From Lytechinus pictus (Eukaryota): 64,000 bases of DNA. The notes beneath the pieces were generated by a model. The model saw nothing but the letters and a program-made list of their open reading frames with translations, was not told the origin of the DNA and ran no database searches. Positions within the stretch are counted from its first letter, which is position 1, and every line of letters begins with the position of its first letter. Of this stretch, positions 49,701-64,000 are shown one piece after another. The DNA lies in assembly GCF_037042905.1 (NCBI RefSeq), contig NC_087245.1:34660001-34724000 (forward strand), written 5' to 3'. The translations under genes and the position numbers were made by a program.

Positions 49701-50002
49701 GCTCCCAGGCGTTAGGGGAGTGACCATACGTACAGTATTACTTTCACTCCCCAGACGCCTCCAGGCTAGGTAGGGCCCCTTCGGCCTTCGCGGCCGCATA
49801 AACGCGCAGCGGAACTCGATGGAGTTACTCAGCCGGAAGCGTCGGGGAGTCATGACGACACTCGACAGCTCCTGACCCTAGTATGTGTGACTTTCGAGAT
49901 GGAGGAGAGCTCGATCGTGGAAATATTAGTCCAGTGACTGGTCTACAGTACTATTTGATGTCTAACGTATAGTCTTACCTTTTTGCTAAGATACACGAAC
50001 AT
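7401..50002 (-). CDS. WDR35: WD repeat-containing protein 35 / IFT121 (IFT-A subunit), 26 coding exons, ~1183 aa
   Basis: Spliced translation begins [43 protein letters not shown] and ends [18 protein letters not shown]...CPLCHVEI*, recognisable as WDR35/IFT121. All introns are GT-AG, phases are consistent, and exon lengths sum to 3552 nt. Confidence 0.97.
8053..8121 (-). CDS. WDR35: WDR35 exon 25
   Basis: [22 protein letters not shown]; phase 2/2 fits flanking exons. Confidence 0.9.
8555..9472. repeat. (CAT)n/(CAC)n microsatellite with higher-order units
   Basis: ~15 copies of CTTCATGATTGTCATCATT(A/G)ACC plus variable (CAT)n; continues at 9736-9990. Confidence 0.95.
9478..9676 (+). mobile_element. 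tRNA-derived SINE, additional family (also ~16355-16480)
   Basis: GTGGTTAGAGC / GTTTGAATCC boxes; shared AAAAAGGCCC...TCTGTCGTCTATAAGG body. Confidence 0.7.
10018..10234 (-). CDS. WDR35: WDR35 exon 24
   Basis: [18 protein letters not shown]...[12 protein letters not shown]...LQIFT. Confidence 0.95.
10530..11102. mobile_element. Kolobok-like element (same family as 37175)
   Basis: Collinear similarity to 37175-37777; ends GTGGACTCGTCCT|TTAA. Confidence 0.78.
11417..11549 (-). CDS. WDR35: WDR35 exon 23
   Basis: [12 protein letters not shown]...[22 protein letters not shown]. Confidence 0.95.
11637..11780. mobile_element. Harbinger-like MITE
   Basis: TTCGTAAGTTAAGAGCGAC / GTCGCTCTTAACTTACGAA inverted arms. 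Confidence 0.75.
12117..12182 (-). CDS. WDR35: WDR35 exon 22
   Basis: [22 protein letters not shown]. Confidence 0.9.
12708..13205. mobile_element. Tc1/mariner-like MITE, right end truncated
   Basis: TA|CAGTGCGTCCCA start; inverted arms ~12820-12910 and ~13120-13205. Confidence 0.65.
14284..14358 (-). CDS. WDR35: WDR35 exon 21
   Basis: [25 protein letters not shown]. Confidence 0.92.
14447..14737 (+). mobile_element. tRNA-derived SINE (same family as 5888)
   Basis: GGTTCGAGTCC B box, shared core, TTA tail. Confidence 0.85.
15683..15958 (-). CDS. WDR35: WDR35 exon 20
   Basis: [12 protein letters not shown]...[11 protein letters not shown]...AAKLMFQ. Confidence 0.95.
16706..17077. mobile_element. 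hAT-like MITE
   Basis: CATGGTGCTACATAA...TTATGGAGCACCCG; ACTTGCCC subterminal repeats; relative at ~55200-55308. Confidence 0.6.
17734..17838 (-). CDS. WDR35: WDR35 exon 19
   Basis: [35 protein letters not shown]. Confidence 0.94.
19952..20248. repeat. (CTA)n microsatellite
   Basis: CTA run interrupted by ATATGCA and TTTTACTATTTTT cassettes. Confidence 0.97.
20264..20435 (-). CDS. WDR35: WDR35 exon 18
   Basis: [20 protein letters not shown]...AVTYYLQ. Confidence 0.95.
21031..21234 (-). CDS. WDR35: WDR35 exon 17
   Basis: [23 protein letters not shown]...[10 protein letters not shown]; acceptor is ttttGAG. Confidence 0.93.
21952..22040 (-). CDS. WDR35: WDR35 exon 16
   Basis: [29 protein letters not shown](W). 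Confidence 0.94.
22950..23140 (-). mobile_element. L2-type LINE 3' fragment
   Basis: Translates [49 protein letters not shown] 3' motif and (TTA)n tail. Confidence 0.72.
23799..23927 (-). CDS. WDR35: WDR35 exon 15
   Basis: [32 protein letters not shown]...LDIK. Confidence 0.94.
24348..24558 (-). CDS. WDR35: WDR35 exon 14
   Basis: RLAIIDIAG...[14 protein letters not shown]...[15 protein letters not shown]. Confidence 0.95.
24976..25295 (+). mobile_element. Helentron-associated (HINE/pearl/Tsp-like) element
   Basis: AACAAG start; subterminal IR GTCTCACCTGCAT / ATGCAGGTGAGAC; 3' hairpin; core with TGACC repeats. Confidence 0.65.
25626..25789 (-). CDS. WDR35: WDR35 exon 13
   Basis: [31 protein letters not shown]...LSLNCTS; AG/GTAGA. 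Confidence 0.93.
26250..26510 (-). mobile_element. 5'-truncated Deu/Nin-like SINE nested in a MITE (~26152-26710)
   Basis: Reverse complement of 62930-63155. Confidence 0.8.
26993..27207 (-). CDS. WDR35: WDR35 exon 12
   Basis: [18 protein letters not shown]...[15 protein letters not shown]. Confidence 0.94.
28032..28092 (-). CDS. WDR35: WDR35 exon 11
   Basis: [27 protein letters not shown]. Confidence 0.94.
28279..28552 (-). mobile_element. tRNA-derived SINE, CORE-like
   Basis: Reverse-strand B box GGTTCAAATCC, CTCGACCCAGGTG core. Confidence 0.8.
29542..30077. mobile_element. piggyBac-like non-autonomous element
   Basis: TTAA|CCCTAAAAG...CTTTTAGGG|TTAA; related inverted copy ~17900-18623. 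Confidence 0.75.
30673..31098. mobile_element. Palindromic MITE (~430 bp)
   Basis: GGCCCGAATTCACAAAGGTG...CACCTTTGTGAATTTGGGCC; arms inverted along nearly the whole length. Confidence 0.85.
31867..32112 (-). mobile_element. 5'-truncated RTE-clade LINE 3' end
   Basis: Encodes a C-terminal C2H2 motif [21 protein letters not shown], then a short 3' UTR. Confidence 0.75.
32489..32584 (-). CDS. WDR35: WDR35 exon 10
   Basis: [32 protein letters not shown]; donor GTGAGT (an alternative in-frame GT lies 3 nt upstream). Confidence 0.9.
33247..33465 (-). CDS. WDR35: WDR35 exon 9
   Basis: HLRTLKVPG...[20 protein letters not shown]...WDTLNSE; AG/GTGAG. Confidence 0.95.
34040..34360 (-). mobile_element. 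Degraded L1/Tx1-type LINE fragment
   Basis: [19 protein letters not shown] zinc-knuckle (zf-RVT-like) motif with nearby stops. Confidence 0.6.
34921..35066 (-). CDS. WDR35: WDR35 exon 8
   Basis: PVLIDTGM...[17 protein letters not shown]. Confidence 0.94.
35086..35268 (-). mobile_element. tRNA-derived SINE with Meta-like domain
   Basis: TGGCTCAGTTG / GGTTCAAACCC boxes followed by AAAGATGGGAGTTGCTGCTACCCTG; flanked by TATGACC direct repeats. Confidence 0.8.
35785..35950 (-). CDS. WDR35: WDR35 exon 7
   Basis: [13 protein letters not shown]...[16 protein letters not shown]. Confidence 0.94.
36460..36620 (-). CDS. WDR35: WDR35 exon 6
   Basis: [19 protein letters not shown]...[15 protein letters not shown]. 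Confidence 0.94.
37175..37777. mobile_element. Kolobok-like non-autonomous element
   Basis: TTAA|AGGTCAAGTCCACCCC...GGGGTGGACTTGTCCT|TTAA; relatives at 10530-11102 and ~61337-61530. Confidence 0.82.
38279..38380 (-). CDS. WDR35: WDR35 exon 5
   Basis: [40 protein letters not shown]. Confidence 0.94.
38420..38775 (+). mobile_element. tRNA-derived SINE, CORE-like
   Basis: GTTCGAATCC, GTGTCCTTCGGCAAG, GACCCAGGTG, L2-like TGTAAAGCGC 3' end, TTA tail. Confidence 0.85.
39560..39652 (-). CDS. WDR35: WDR35 exon 4
   Basis: [37 protein letters not shown]. Confidence 0.94.
40017..40570 (+). mobile_element. HINE-like element with internal tandem units
   Basis: Same 5' end as 24976; repeated TAAATGACCTTTGACCTTGGTCATGTGACC units. 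Confidence 0.65.
40744..40818 (-). CDS. WDR35: WDR35 exon 3
   Basis: [31 protein letters not shown]. Confidence 0.92.
41441..41630. mobile_element. Harbinger-like MITE abutting WDR35 exon 2
   Basis: CTG|GGGACCGTTTCATAAAGCTG...CATGAAACACCCAC|CAG; same family at 2806-2978, 11637-11780, 57755-57922. Confidence 0.85.
41631..41748 (-). CDS. WDR35: WDR35 exon 2
   Basis: ttaac[41 protein letters not shown], phase-1 donor GTGGGT; 118 nt. Confidence 0.9.
42091..43122. mobile_element. Non-autonomous PIF/Harbinger-like element
   Basis: 19-bp perfect TIR GGGGCCCGTTTCTCAACAC. Confidence 0.8.
43838..45586 (+). CDS. LINE ORF1: PHD finger, coiled coil and RRM-like (L1 transposase_22-type) region
   Basis: 582 aa; CSTC...[12 protein letters not shown]...HWYCDNC PHD-like; [26 protein letters not shown] and LYIDPDRT motifs typical of CR1-type ORF1. 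Confidence 0.88.
   Translation: MMASLMKDKVKGKFKSTPVVKKRNIASSGGISDSPTRDSSIHVLDDQDVSSSILNENEATERPKRSRSSILDQSQKPPSQAKGQSTTKRKNRNVPLTQSSKASTKLIDNTKKPSRTNIHNSKIDTASSELKCSTCTKIVPALLGCDYCDLWNCRKCAGLPQSVFSEIGECSSVHWYCDNCRMKVEQVLGNSKLKGEEVLKNVHVRHDPHALQINDLKKINNTLLSVEKKVDELQRSCESWKDCKPTATHTTEVQACSRPLYSDVAGRNTDLSQRSVSSNNIELLQEYADREKRCNNLIFHNLPESRSRDTHEKRREDLTTVQSIISDVLQISDIKVLRTIRLGGRMQDQSVRPRLLLVETEGSRDSVLTKARILRNSEVWGKLYIDPDRTPQQRLQHKELRAELKKRREDGERNLVIRHDKIVPRRNTTWKHQNNLYDYVVAASKSGETNGETTSNSEGVPTCPRQTSHIDSQENLPLHEVQETNNENDLKDVSPIEKQAKQDIECDLNTQDNCSSPSSDNVLPSVIDILQDVEIHSDDIKDYNEDSSSTDTEESSDRNGDNTLQGASSNSIPSHAEAPSSL
45617..48697 (+). CDS. LINE ORF2: AP endonuclease + reverse transcriptase
   Basis: VLYTN, YRSP, GDFNYP, LDL, SDH (APE); [38 protein letters not shown] (RT). 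First in-frame ATG is at 45878. Confidence 0.97.
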   Translation: MSGKGGCAIEFENRTQNELDSAINVHASEKNISLTEDASSWNESDVSSCESENDTDYSSTCTSDEECEADVCQTGKRPPYRNITNDGMRVLYTNSDSLLNKLDELALLADKYEPDVMIVCEVLPKNCNVKPIEENYKVDNYVTYTNIEKNGIRGIMIYVQEGIASTVNEIFFETDFDESVWIHMRLKNNDTLTIGGIYRSPSIMRANSGADKVCQILHEAVSSNPSYLLVVGDFNYPTICWNLWSSRSPDERKFIDCLRDCFLHQHITESTRSRDGQHPSTLDLLITNKEEMISDLTYLPNLGLSDHVCLLFTVDLYANTSTRKQTGYRYHRGDYAAINRAILDVDWEEELEDMNVHQAWDLFSSKLQKEIDKNIPKADSRMRRKKKIWMTRTAMRQHKLKCRAWRSYRNNGTRRDLERSKCEAKKLRKMLRKLRRDFEKDVTRNIKTNPKAFWNYANSSLKSRRSLGVLRNEQGVTANTDKQRAELLNSYFCSVFTEENINHIPDLTERHNGSSLADIDITFSTVKNKLKMLRSSKSGGPDGFHPRILKETADTICTPLTIIFRKSVREGALPQSWKDANITPVHKKGNRNAVENYRPISLTSVISKILESVIRGIVIQYLCENDMLCHAQHGFLPGRSCVTQLLEVMELWTSALDSGHEVDTIYLDFRKAFDSVPHERLLSKLKAYGISGKLEDWFRAFLTERRQRVVINGQMSKWSRVKSGIPQGSVLGPTVFFIFINDLPEIVTSLVRIYADDTKIFREIVTNADCEILQADLDNLIKWSEEWQLQFNIAKCKFLHIGKNSLHYNYSLDGTALEEVSEERDLGIIVDSELKFHTHVASAVMKASRVLAIIKRTFLTRDRDTIPKLFKGLVRPILEYGNAVWHPRHKTDMKEIEKVQRRATKLIPSLAMLDYGDRLRALKLPSLQYRMRRGDMIQTYKIMHGIDWLDKDMFFSSITVEATRGHPYKLFKKRNRLDVRANAFGARIVCDWNSLPNEVVSAPSVNSFKARLDKFWNKEWYSHPWE
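49095..49768. mobile_element. Fold-back (fully palindromic) non-autonomous DNA element
   Basis: Arms 49095-49429 and 49436-49768 are reverse complements with one mismatch and one 2-bp indel; 6-nt loop; 8-bp TSD GGTAGGGC (49087-49094, 49769-49776). Confidence 0.92.
49979..50002 (-). CDS. WDR35: WDR35 coding exon 1 (MFVYLSKK)
   Basis: ATG at 50002-50000; donor AAG|GTAAG; 24 nt. Confidence 0.93.
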
Positions 50003-50160
50003 ATTGAAGGTTTTCTGTACTAATTAAGGATCCATCGATTCGGAAAATAAGCCCGGCGAAAAGAAGGTACGATTTCGAAATAAAAATATGCGAGGTTAAT
50101 GCACTTTGACATTATACGGAAGTAACTCGCGGAATGCATGATGGGATAACAGCCTTTTTC
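50003..50160. promoter_or_regulatory. Compact bidirectional promoter WDR35/RPL30
   Basis: ETS-type CGGAAGT (50117-50123), ZNF143/Staf-like GCATGATGGGA (~50136-50146), TCT initiator CCTTTTTC (50153-50160), CpG-enriched. Confidence 0.75.
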
Positions 50161-50187
50161 ACGTTGCGGCGTAATCTTTCTCACGAC
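50154..50187 (+). other. RPL30: RPL30 non-coding exon 1 (5' TOP)
   Basis: CCTTTTTC oligopyrimidine start; donor GAC|GTGAGT at 50188; next acceptor ttttAG at 50304. Confidence 0.8.
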
Positions 50188-50331
50188 GTGAGTAGATACT
50201 CAGAATATAAATTGCAATTATGTTAGTTTTAAAGTTATGAGTCAGAAAGCAATAACTAAGTTTAAGTCTTGTTCTAATTTTCTATCGTATTATTTTTGTT
50301 TTAGATCGAGAAAGCTGCAAAATCTGACAAA

Positions 50332-57588
<7,257 letters not shown>

Positions 57589-57629
57589 GGTCGAGATCGT
57601 AGCAGCAAGGGGGTCAGTTCTTGGGGTCA

Positions 57630-57635
57630 AATAAA
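57630..57635 (+). terminator. Probable RPL30 polyadenylation signal
   Basis: AATAAA about 40 nt after the stop, followed by GT-rich sequence. Confidence 0.55.
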
Positions 57636-58430
57636 TCATATTGTCTTGTGCAAATGTAATGCCAAGTCTCCAGCTCATTTGTTGTGTTGATTCTTGTCAG
57701 ATAAAAAAGAGAAAAAAGAAATCTGTATGGAAGATCACCCACTATTAGAAAGGCAGGTGGGCATTTCGTAAAGCTGTTCGTAACTTCCAAATGACTTTGT
57801 GCACGACTGGTGACCCTTTCTTGATATATCCCTTCCAAAACCTACGTAACTGACTTAGCACCTGAGTCCCAGTTGTGCGTAATGTTGTGTGTGACATCAC
57901 AAAAAGTTTTATGAAACACTCGCTAGAGATCACATTAAAGAGATATTGTAAAGGGTTTGATGGAAGGCAGAGTGGGAGTAGCATGAAAGAAGCAGTAAAT
58001 ATTGGAATGGATGGCGTGGTGGTTGCAAGGAGTGAGGAAGAATAGAAAGTTATGCAATGCTTGTAGAGGTTGGTTTGAGTAAGGAAATTGTTCTTCTAGT
58101 GAGGCAATGGGTGATTTCAAGTACGGTGTTGAAATCTGGTGTTGGTGTGACAACACCAGCCACAACACCGTACTTGAAATCAGGCTGGTGTTGGGATTGA
58201 CCTTTGAAATATGACGTATTTCCAGCAGTTCGTGTTGAATGTCGTCTGCTGAACCCAGCACTGCGGCTGGTGTTGACGATCTACGTGCAATTCCCCCATT
58301 CTCCAACACCAACCCCCATGGATTGGGAAAATCATGATTTCAAGTTCGGTGTTGGTGTTGGCAATCTCAAGCTTGTGAACATTCGGCGAACCCGATGAAA
58401 CATCCCCGTAAAATAAGCTTTTACAGTTAA

Positions 58431-59013
58431 AGGAGAATGAAACCCTTGAAACTAGCTGAATCCATATTAAAGAGAAAAATCAAAGAAACATATTGTTGAA
58501 AGTTTGAGGAAGATTGAATGAATAATAAGAAAGTTATGAGCATTTGAATATTGAGATCACTAGTGCCATGTAGATCCTCCCATCGGCAATGCGACCAAGA
58601 TCTGTGATATCACACACGTACAACTCCCTCATTACTTTAGTACTTATTTCACTTATATTCTCACTTTTATAGAGTCTATCACAAGGTTAGGTGTTTTCTT
58701 TATGAGATGACAAGTACAGAGGTTTCACAACATTATATCATTGATGAATCGTTTGTCATATGATTAGAATGAGCAAAAAGAGATGTTTTGGGGTATATTT
58801 TCAGTGTCCGAATGGGAGAATTGTACGTGTGTGACATCACAGATCTTGGTCGCATTGCCAATGGGAGGATCTCCATAGCATTAGTGATCTCGACATTCAA
58901 ATGCTCATAACTCTTTTATTGCTAGTCCTATTTTACTCAAAGTTTTGTTGATCTTATTCTTTGATTTTTCTGCTTTCACAAAAGCTAACTTGCTCCAAGA
59001 GATTCATTCTCCT
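58431..59013. mobile_element. Kolobok-like palindromic element
   Basis: TTAA|AGGAGAATGAA...TTCATTCTCCT|TTAA with long internal inverted arms. Confidence 0.8.
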
Positions 59014-62000
59014 TTAAGATTAATACAAATAATTTGAGCTTTATAATATTTTGATGAAAAATATTGTTCACTCTTACGAATTCTTGAATTAATTACAGCA
59101 TTGGTATTTTGTATGATGAGAATTTAATGCATTTCTCCCCGATTTGGCCAGAAAAAAAGGTCCACTCCTCAATTATATATGAACGACATATTCCATTAAA
59201 AATGTTTGCTGACTCTCAAAAGGAGGGGGGGACGGATCCGCCACGGAAAGCATGTATGAAATAATATTTCTGTTGGTATATTTTGAATGTACGGGTAATT
59301 TGTTTTTAATTGTCTGAGTACCTGGCATTTTACTTATCTTTCACGTTGTGGGGGACGTCTCAAAATACTTTGAAATTTCATAATTCGATTCTTTATATAC
59401 TTGGGTCAAGAGCCTAGCCACCCTTTCATACAGTAAAAAATCATAATTTGAATGATTCCCGTGAAAAATAAGGCTATTGACGAATATTTAGCAGGTGTTA
59501 AAACAAACTAGAACATGATTAGAATCATGAACGTTAATCACAATCGTGAATTCAAATTCTACTCCAGAGGTGAATTCCAGTTAAGTTTCACTCAAATTAC
59601 GGTATGAATTAAGCATGTGAAAGGCTTGACCCCCCAAAACATCTTTTGGGGGGCGGAGCTTATGTGACCTTTGATGCACTTCCGTAGATTATAGGCCTAC
59701 AATTGTCATGCACTCATCGCAGTTTGCGATGCAGTGCTTTGATTGACAAGTCGCCAAGGACATATCACCTTCACTCGGATTAGAATTCAATTCAGTTTTC
59801 GAGTGAGCGTGTGATAGGTCCTATTATTCTAAAGATGAAATTGTAATCATTATTACAATGATGATTTGAGATTCAGGCGCGGATCCAGAGTTGGACTTTT
59901 ACGGGGGGGGGGGGGGGGCTGATTAATGCATGCAAAACGCGCTCCCTAGGGGGGGAGGGGGGAGTTTCCCCCCTCCCGCACAGAGCTCTAAGTTTTTGAT
60001 ATCTCCTCAAATTCAAATCAAAAGAAGACGTCTCTTGTGTCTCAAGAAGAAAGCTGAAACTAGGCGAATTTTTTAATGAAGTGTAATGAGAAAGAGAACA
60101 GGAGGAAGATCCGAGGACAAAGAGAGGGAGAGAAGGGACAGACAATGCAACATATATATATACAAGTAATTTTTGCAATAAAATTACTCAAGATTATCTG
60201 ATGTTTTGTGTCCTTTTTATACTGTTATGTATCCTCTTAAATGTCTCGATGTTATTGTCTAAAAATTAACCATCTGAAATTCATGGAAAACCATATCAAA
60301 GGACTTCAATATTTCCTTGCATTTTTTTTTAGTTTTCAACACAAATAACCTTTGCTTACATGTAGAAAACAAATACATTTTACATGTATCACCTATGACC
60401 TACTTTCAAGACATTTATCATTAAAAGAATTGACCTGTGTTATTTGACACATTGTTTTTACTGTATCAATAATTTTCTTGCTTTAATTCTGATAGAATAA
60501 AATGTGTCAGCTTTTGCAAGTTGTAATAATTTTGAAATTGATAAAATATATGTATATTTTTTTTTTTAATGAAAGTTTCAATCTGCAAGTTTCCAGCATT
60601 TAGCAATGACATTAAAATTGAACTTTCTGTTTCTCAATAAATAAAACAGACCCATGCTTATGCATGGAATTCGCCTGATGCAAATTAACATAAATTTACA
60701 AATTATCTTGGCCTTTTAATATAGATAAACAGGAGCGGATCCAGCTTTCACCAATGGGGGGGGGGGCGGTGGGGACATTTTCAACCATATCCCTGATCGG
60801 CCGCTCAAAGTTGATTTTTGTTAATTTCTTTGAAGGGGTAGTCCTATAACAGTCGCTTTTTATCCATATTCTTATAAAACAAATTCATTATCCCATAAGC
60901 CCTATTTTAAAAAGTGTGAGTGCAAAGTGCAAGCTGAAATTTTTGGAAGTTTCATGTGTTTTGTCCTTAGTATTGAACATTCTGAGTAATGTTTTTGGTC
61001 CTGAACAAGATGCTTATGTAACTATAGGCCTATAATTACAGGAAATTTTAATATAGGTTTTGGCCTGAACGAAAAAAAGTGTTTCACCAATCAAACAGTG
61101 CGAGCGCGTTAGCGCGAGTTAAATTTTTTTTATATTCCGACCTAAAAAATGGGACGTTCAAAGCACTTTTTGTAATCATGAGTAGGAAAGGTATATAACT
61201 TAATAATGCGATTCGCACGAGCGGAAAAATTGAGATTTAGCGGGACACTATTCATGTTTTGTAAAGCATGAAAAGGATGGGTAATTGGGCATCTTATTCT
61301 GATCTAAAACTGGATAATTTAAGCATCTTAACTTGAAAGGACAAGTCCACCCCAACAAAAAGTTGATGAATAAAAAGGGAAAAATCCAACAAGCACAACA
61401 CTGAAAATTTCATCAAAATCGGATGCAAGATAAAATATTTTAAAGCTTCACTTAATTTCACAAAAAAGTAATATGCACATCCTGGTCGGTATGCAAATGA
61501 GGGGACTGATGATGTCATCCAGTCACTATTTTTTTCCAAGTCTTCCCCTTACCTTATTTTATTCACTTGTCTACCTCCTCTTTTTAATTTTTTTTTTCTC
61601 TTTCTCCTTGTTTTCCTTCCCCCTTTTTTATAGAAATCCTAAATCCTACGGGCCGCGCACCCCCCCCCCCCCCCGCCCATCGGATAGGCACCTGAAGATT
61701 CACTTGTGAAAAGGGGCTTAGGTCAAACGATTTTATTAAAATGTACCCTCTATAAATGTATTTCAATTTTGAAGGTTTGTCCAAAATCCATCACAGGATA
61801 AGAGTTACCGGGTATCAACTTATTTTTCTTATAGAAGCTGAAATGAAATTGTGCTAGACTAATGAATGCACAAGATTTCACAATTCTCTGAGAAAATTAC
61901 ACTTTATTTGATTTATATTGTATGTCAAATTTGGGAAAGCTGCTTGCATGTGATGTCACAAAATAAAGAAAAATCCATAACACTCTTCATAATCGGTGGA

Positions 62001-62771
62001 ATTTTGCCAAATGTTCAGCAATGTTTCTTTTTCTGCTTTTATTAATACCAACTTTACACCAGGGTAATCTACACCCTCAAAACCCACTTTTATGCCAGGG
62101 TGAGCATCCTTTTTCTCAACATGTGCTCCCATGCCAATGGCTTTTGCCTCTGAAGTTGGGGTGATATACTTATTTCATAAATTCAAAATATTAAATTTAT
62201 CATCACCAGATTATACGTGTATGTGCAATTGAAAGGAATAGGCACACACAAAGTTGTACTTTTTTCAGAAAGTCAGCTCAACTTGCATCATACTTCCAGT
62301 CCTTACTCTCCTATTCTCACTCTCTCTCCCCCTCTCTGTCGTCTCTCTCCCTCTCCACTCTTGCTCTCTCCTGCTCTATTTTATAGTTCTCTTCCCTCCC
62401 TAATCCCTCCACCCCCTCCCTTTAAATCGCAGCAGACAGATGTTTTACATTATGTGAATTAAACGAAAGACTGGTGTCTACTGAATACAATAAGCTTTCA
62501 AAAAATTAGATATGGAATACATTTATTATTAATGATGCATCACAATTCATCACAATTCATTGCACTGTTCATTTTTAGGGAAGGTATTCTGAAAAATAAA
62601 CATGATAATGCTCGATCAGAAAATAAAATGGCCGATGAGAAATCACTGGTGGCAACTCGTGGAATTTAGTTATGTTTTCTTTTAACACTACCTATTCTAA
62701 CTTGCAACATTTCCAGGAATGTTTGTTAATGACTTTGAACAACTATTCTAATACTAGTATTCACTTTTATT

Positions 62772-63155
62772 GAGAGGGTTGTTGGCTCAGTCGGTAACGC
62801 GTCTGCCCGTCGAACCAGACCGTGGGTTCGAGTCCACCTCGGGCAATGACTGAAGCCAGTGCGTTGTGTGTAAACGTCTCTCCCATGTTTCATAGATGCA
62901 GGCTTTATGTTAACAATGGAAAACACTCCGTCCCTCGGATAGGACGTTAAATGGAGGCCCCGTGTAAGGAGAGTCACCACCTTTGCACATTAAGAACCCA
63001 CTGCACTATTCATAGAATAGTAGGGGGAAACCCCGGTGTAGTGGTCCACCTGCACTACCCCAATCAGTTATATCTGGAGGAGAGACCAGCAGGTCATAGT
63101 GATTCAGTTCGCTTTTTGCCTCCCAGGCACAGGTGACGCCAAACAAATAATAATA
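62772..63155 (+). mobile_element. tRNA-derived SINE with Deu/Nin-like domain
   Basis: TGGCTCAGTCGG / GGTTCGAGTCC; CCCTCGGATAGGACGTTAAA...AAGAACCCACTGCAC core; AATAAT tail. Confidence 0.85.
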
Positions 63156-64000
63156 CAGGAATAATCTAAAGAATCTTGTGATTTTCAAAAGCAGTATATG
63201 ACAAATAATATATAAACAAATTAGTGTATGAATTAAGTAATTTATGTGGAATTCACTTTTTGTAATATGTTGAATAGATTTTCATTTCTGGATCATTGAA
63301 TATGTGACTAATAAAGCAAATAAAAAAACAATGCGAGTCTATCAAAAGCCACCATGCTAGCCATTACTGTAGGTAGCCTATAAACCAACTCGGTGCATTG
63401 CACGTTTTCTATAGACAACTGTTCATAATTATCGGAATAATGTCATGAAATTCCTGAGCATGCATGGAGCAAGTTCATGTTCACTTATACACAGAGACTC
63501 CTTGCATGTAGTTCTGTAACTAAAAATCACTATTCTATTAGAAGTATGAATACATTTCAATGTCAGTTTAATGAGGACATGACTTCATTGTTTCTTGCAT
63601 GGCAGAGTTGTTAAATTGTCGCTATTGCAAACACTGATTTCCAGTATTTCACATATTTTTCTTCAGCTACAATTTCTTAAACTTTGCCTTTGGTCAAGTA
63701 TTTTGTTTTCTTATCAGGGATAAGAGTTTACTTTTTGGAAATTGAGTTGTAACAAGTTCAAAATAACTTTGAGGGGCAATTATTCAAGTCAAAAGTAAAA
63801 AAAAATCATTGTAGAAAGGGTATTTTCTTCTAACAAACCTATTCTAGATAGTATTGTGATAGATTGAAAGTTCTAATACACTGTTTGCACTTTCCCCCTT
63901 GTTAATCATGAGCCATTACCTTAAACCAATGCTTTTGCATGTATTTATTGAAATAAATACTGTATCAAACTCTATTCCTAAAATTTAAAATTCTTGGTAA

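Noticed and set aside
49138..49853. Two ORFs with identical peptide on opposite strands (a duplicated gene?)
   Set aside because: Mirror images produced by the palindrome; no recognisable protein.

Overview
AT-rich, repeat-dense animal genomic DNA. The repeat families suggest a marine deuterostome such as a sea urchin, but that is inference. Two spliced genes lie head-to-head. WDR35/IFT121 is on the minus strand: 26 coding exons from 50002 to 7401, a 3552-nt CDS of about 1183 aa, traced by hand with GT-AG boundaries and consistent phases. RPL30 is on the plus strand: a non-coding TOP exon plus 4 coding exons, 50154 to 57588, 114 aa. Only about 150 bp separate the WDR35 ATG from the RPL30 TCT initiator. 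WDR35 intron 1 holds an apparently intact, antisense CR1-group LINE (PHD ORF1, APE-RT ORF2) whose two ORFs are in the same frame and separated by a single UGA. It also holds a 674-bp near-perfect fold-back element with an 8-bp TSD. A MITE inserted exactly at the end of WDR35 exon 2 appears to supply that exon's splice donor. The rest is SINEs (CORE-, Deu- and Meta-like), MITEs and non-autonomous DNA transposons, LINE fragments and microsatellites. Family assignments come from motif recognition, not database searches.
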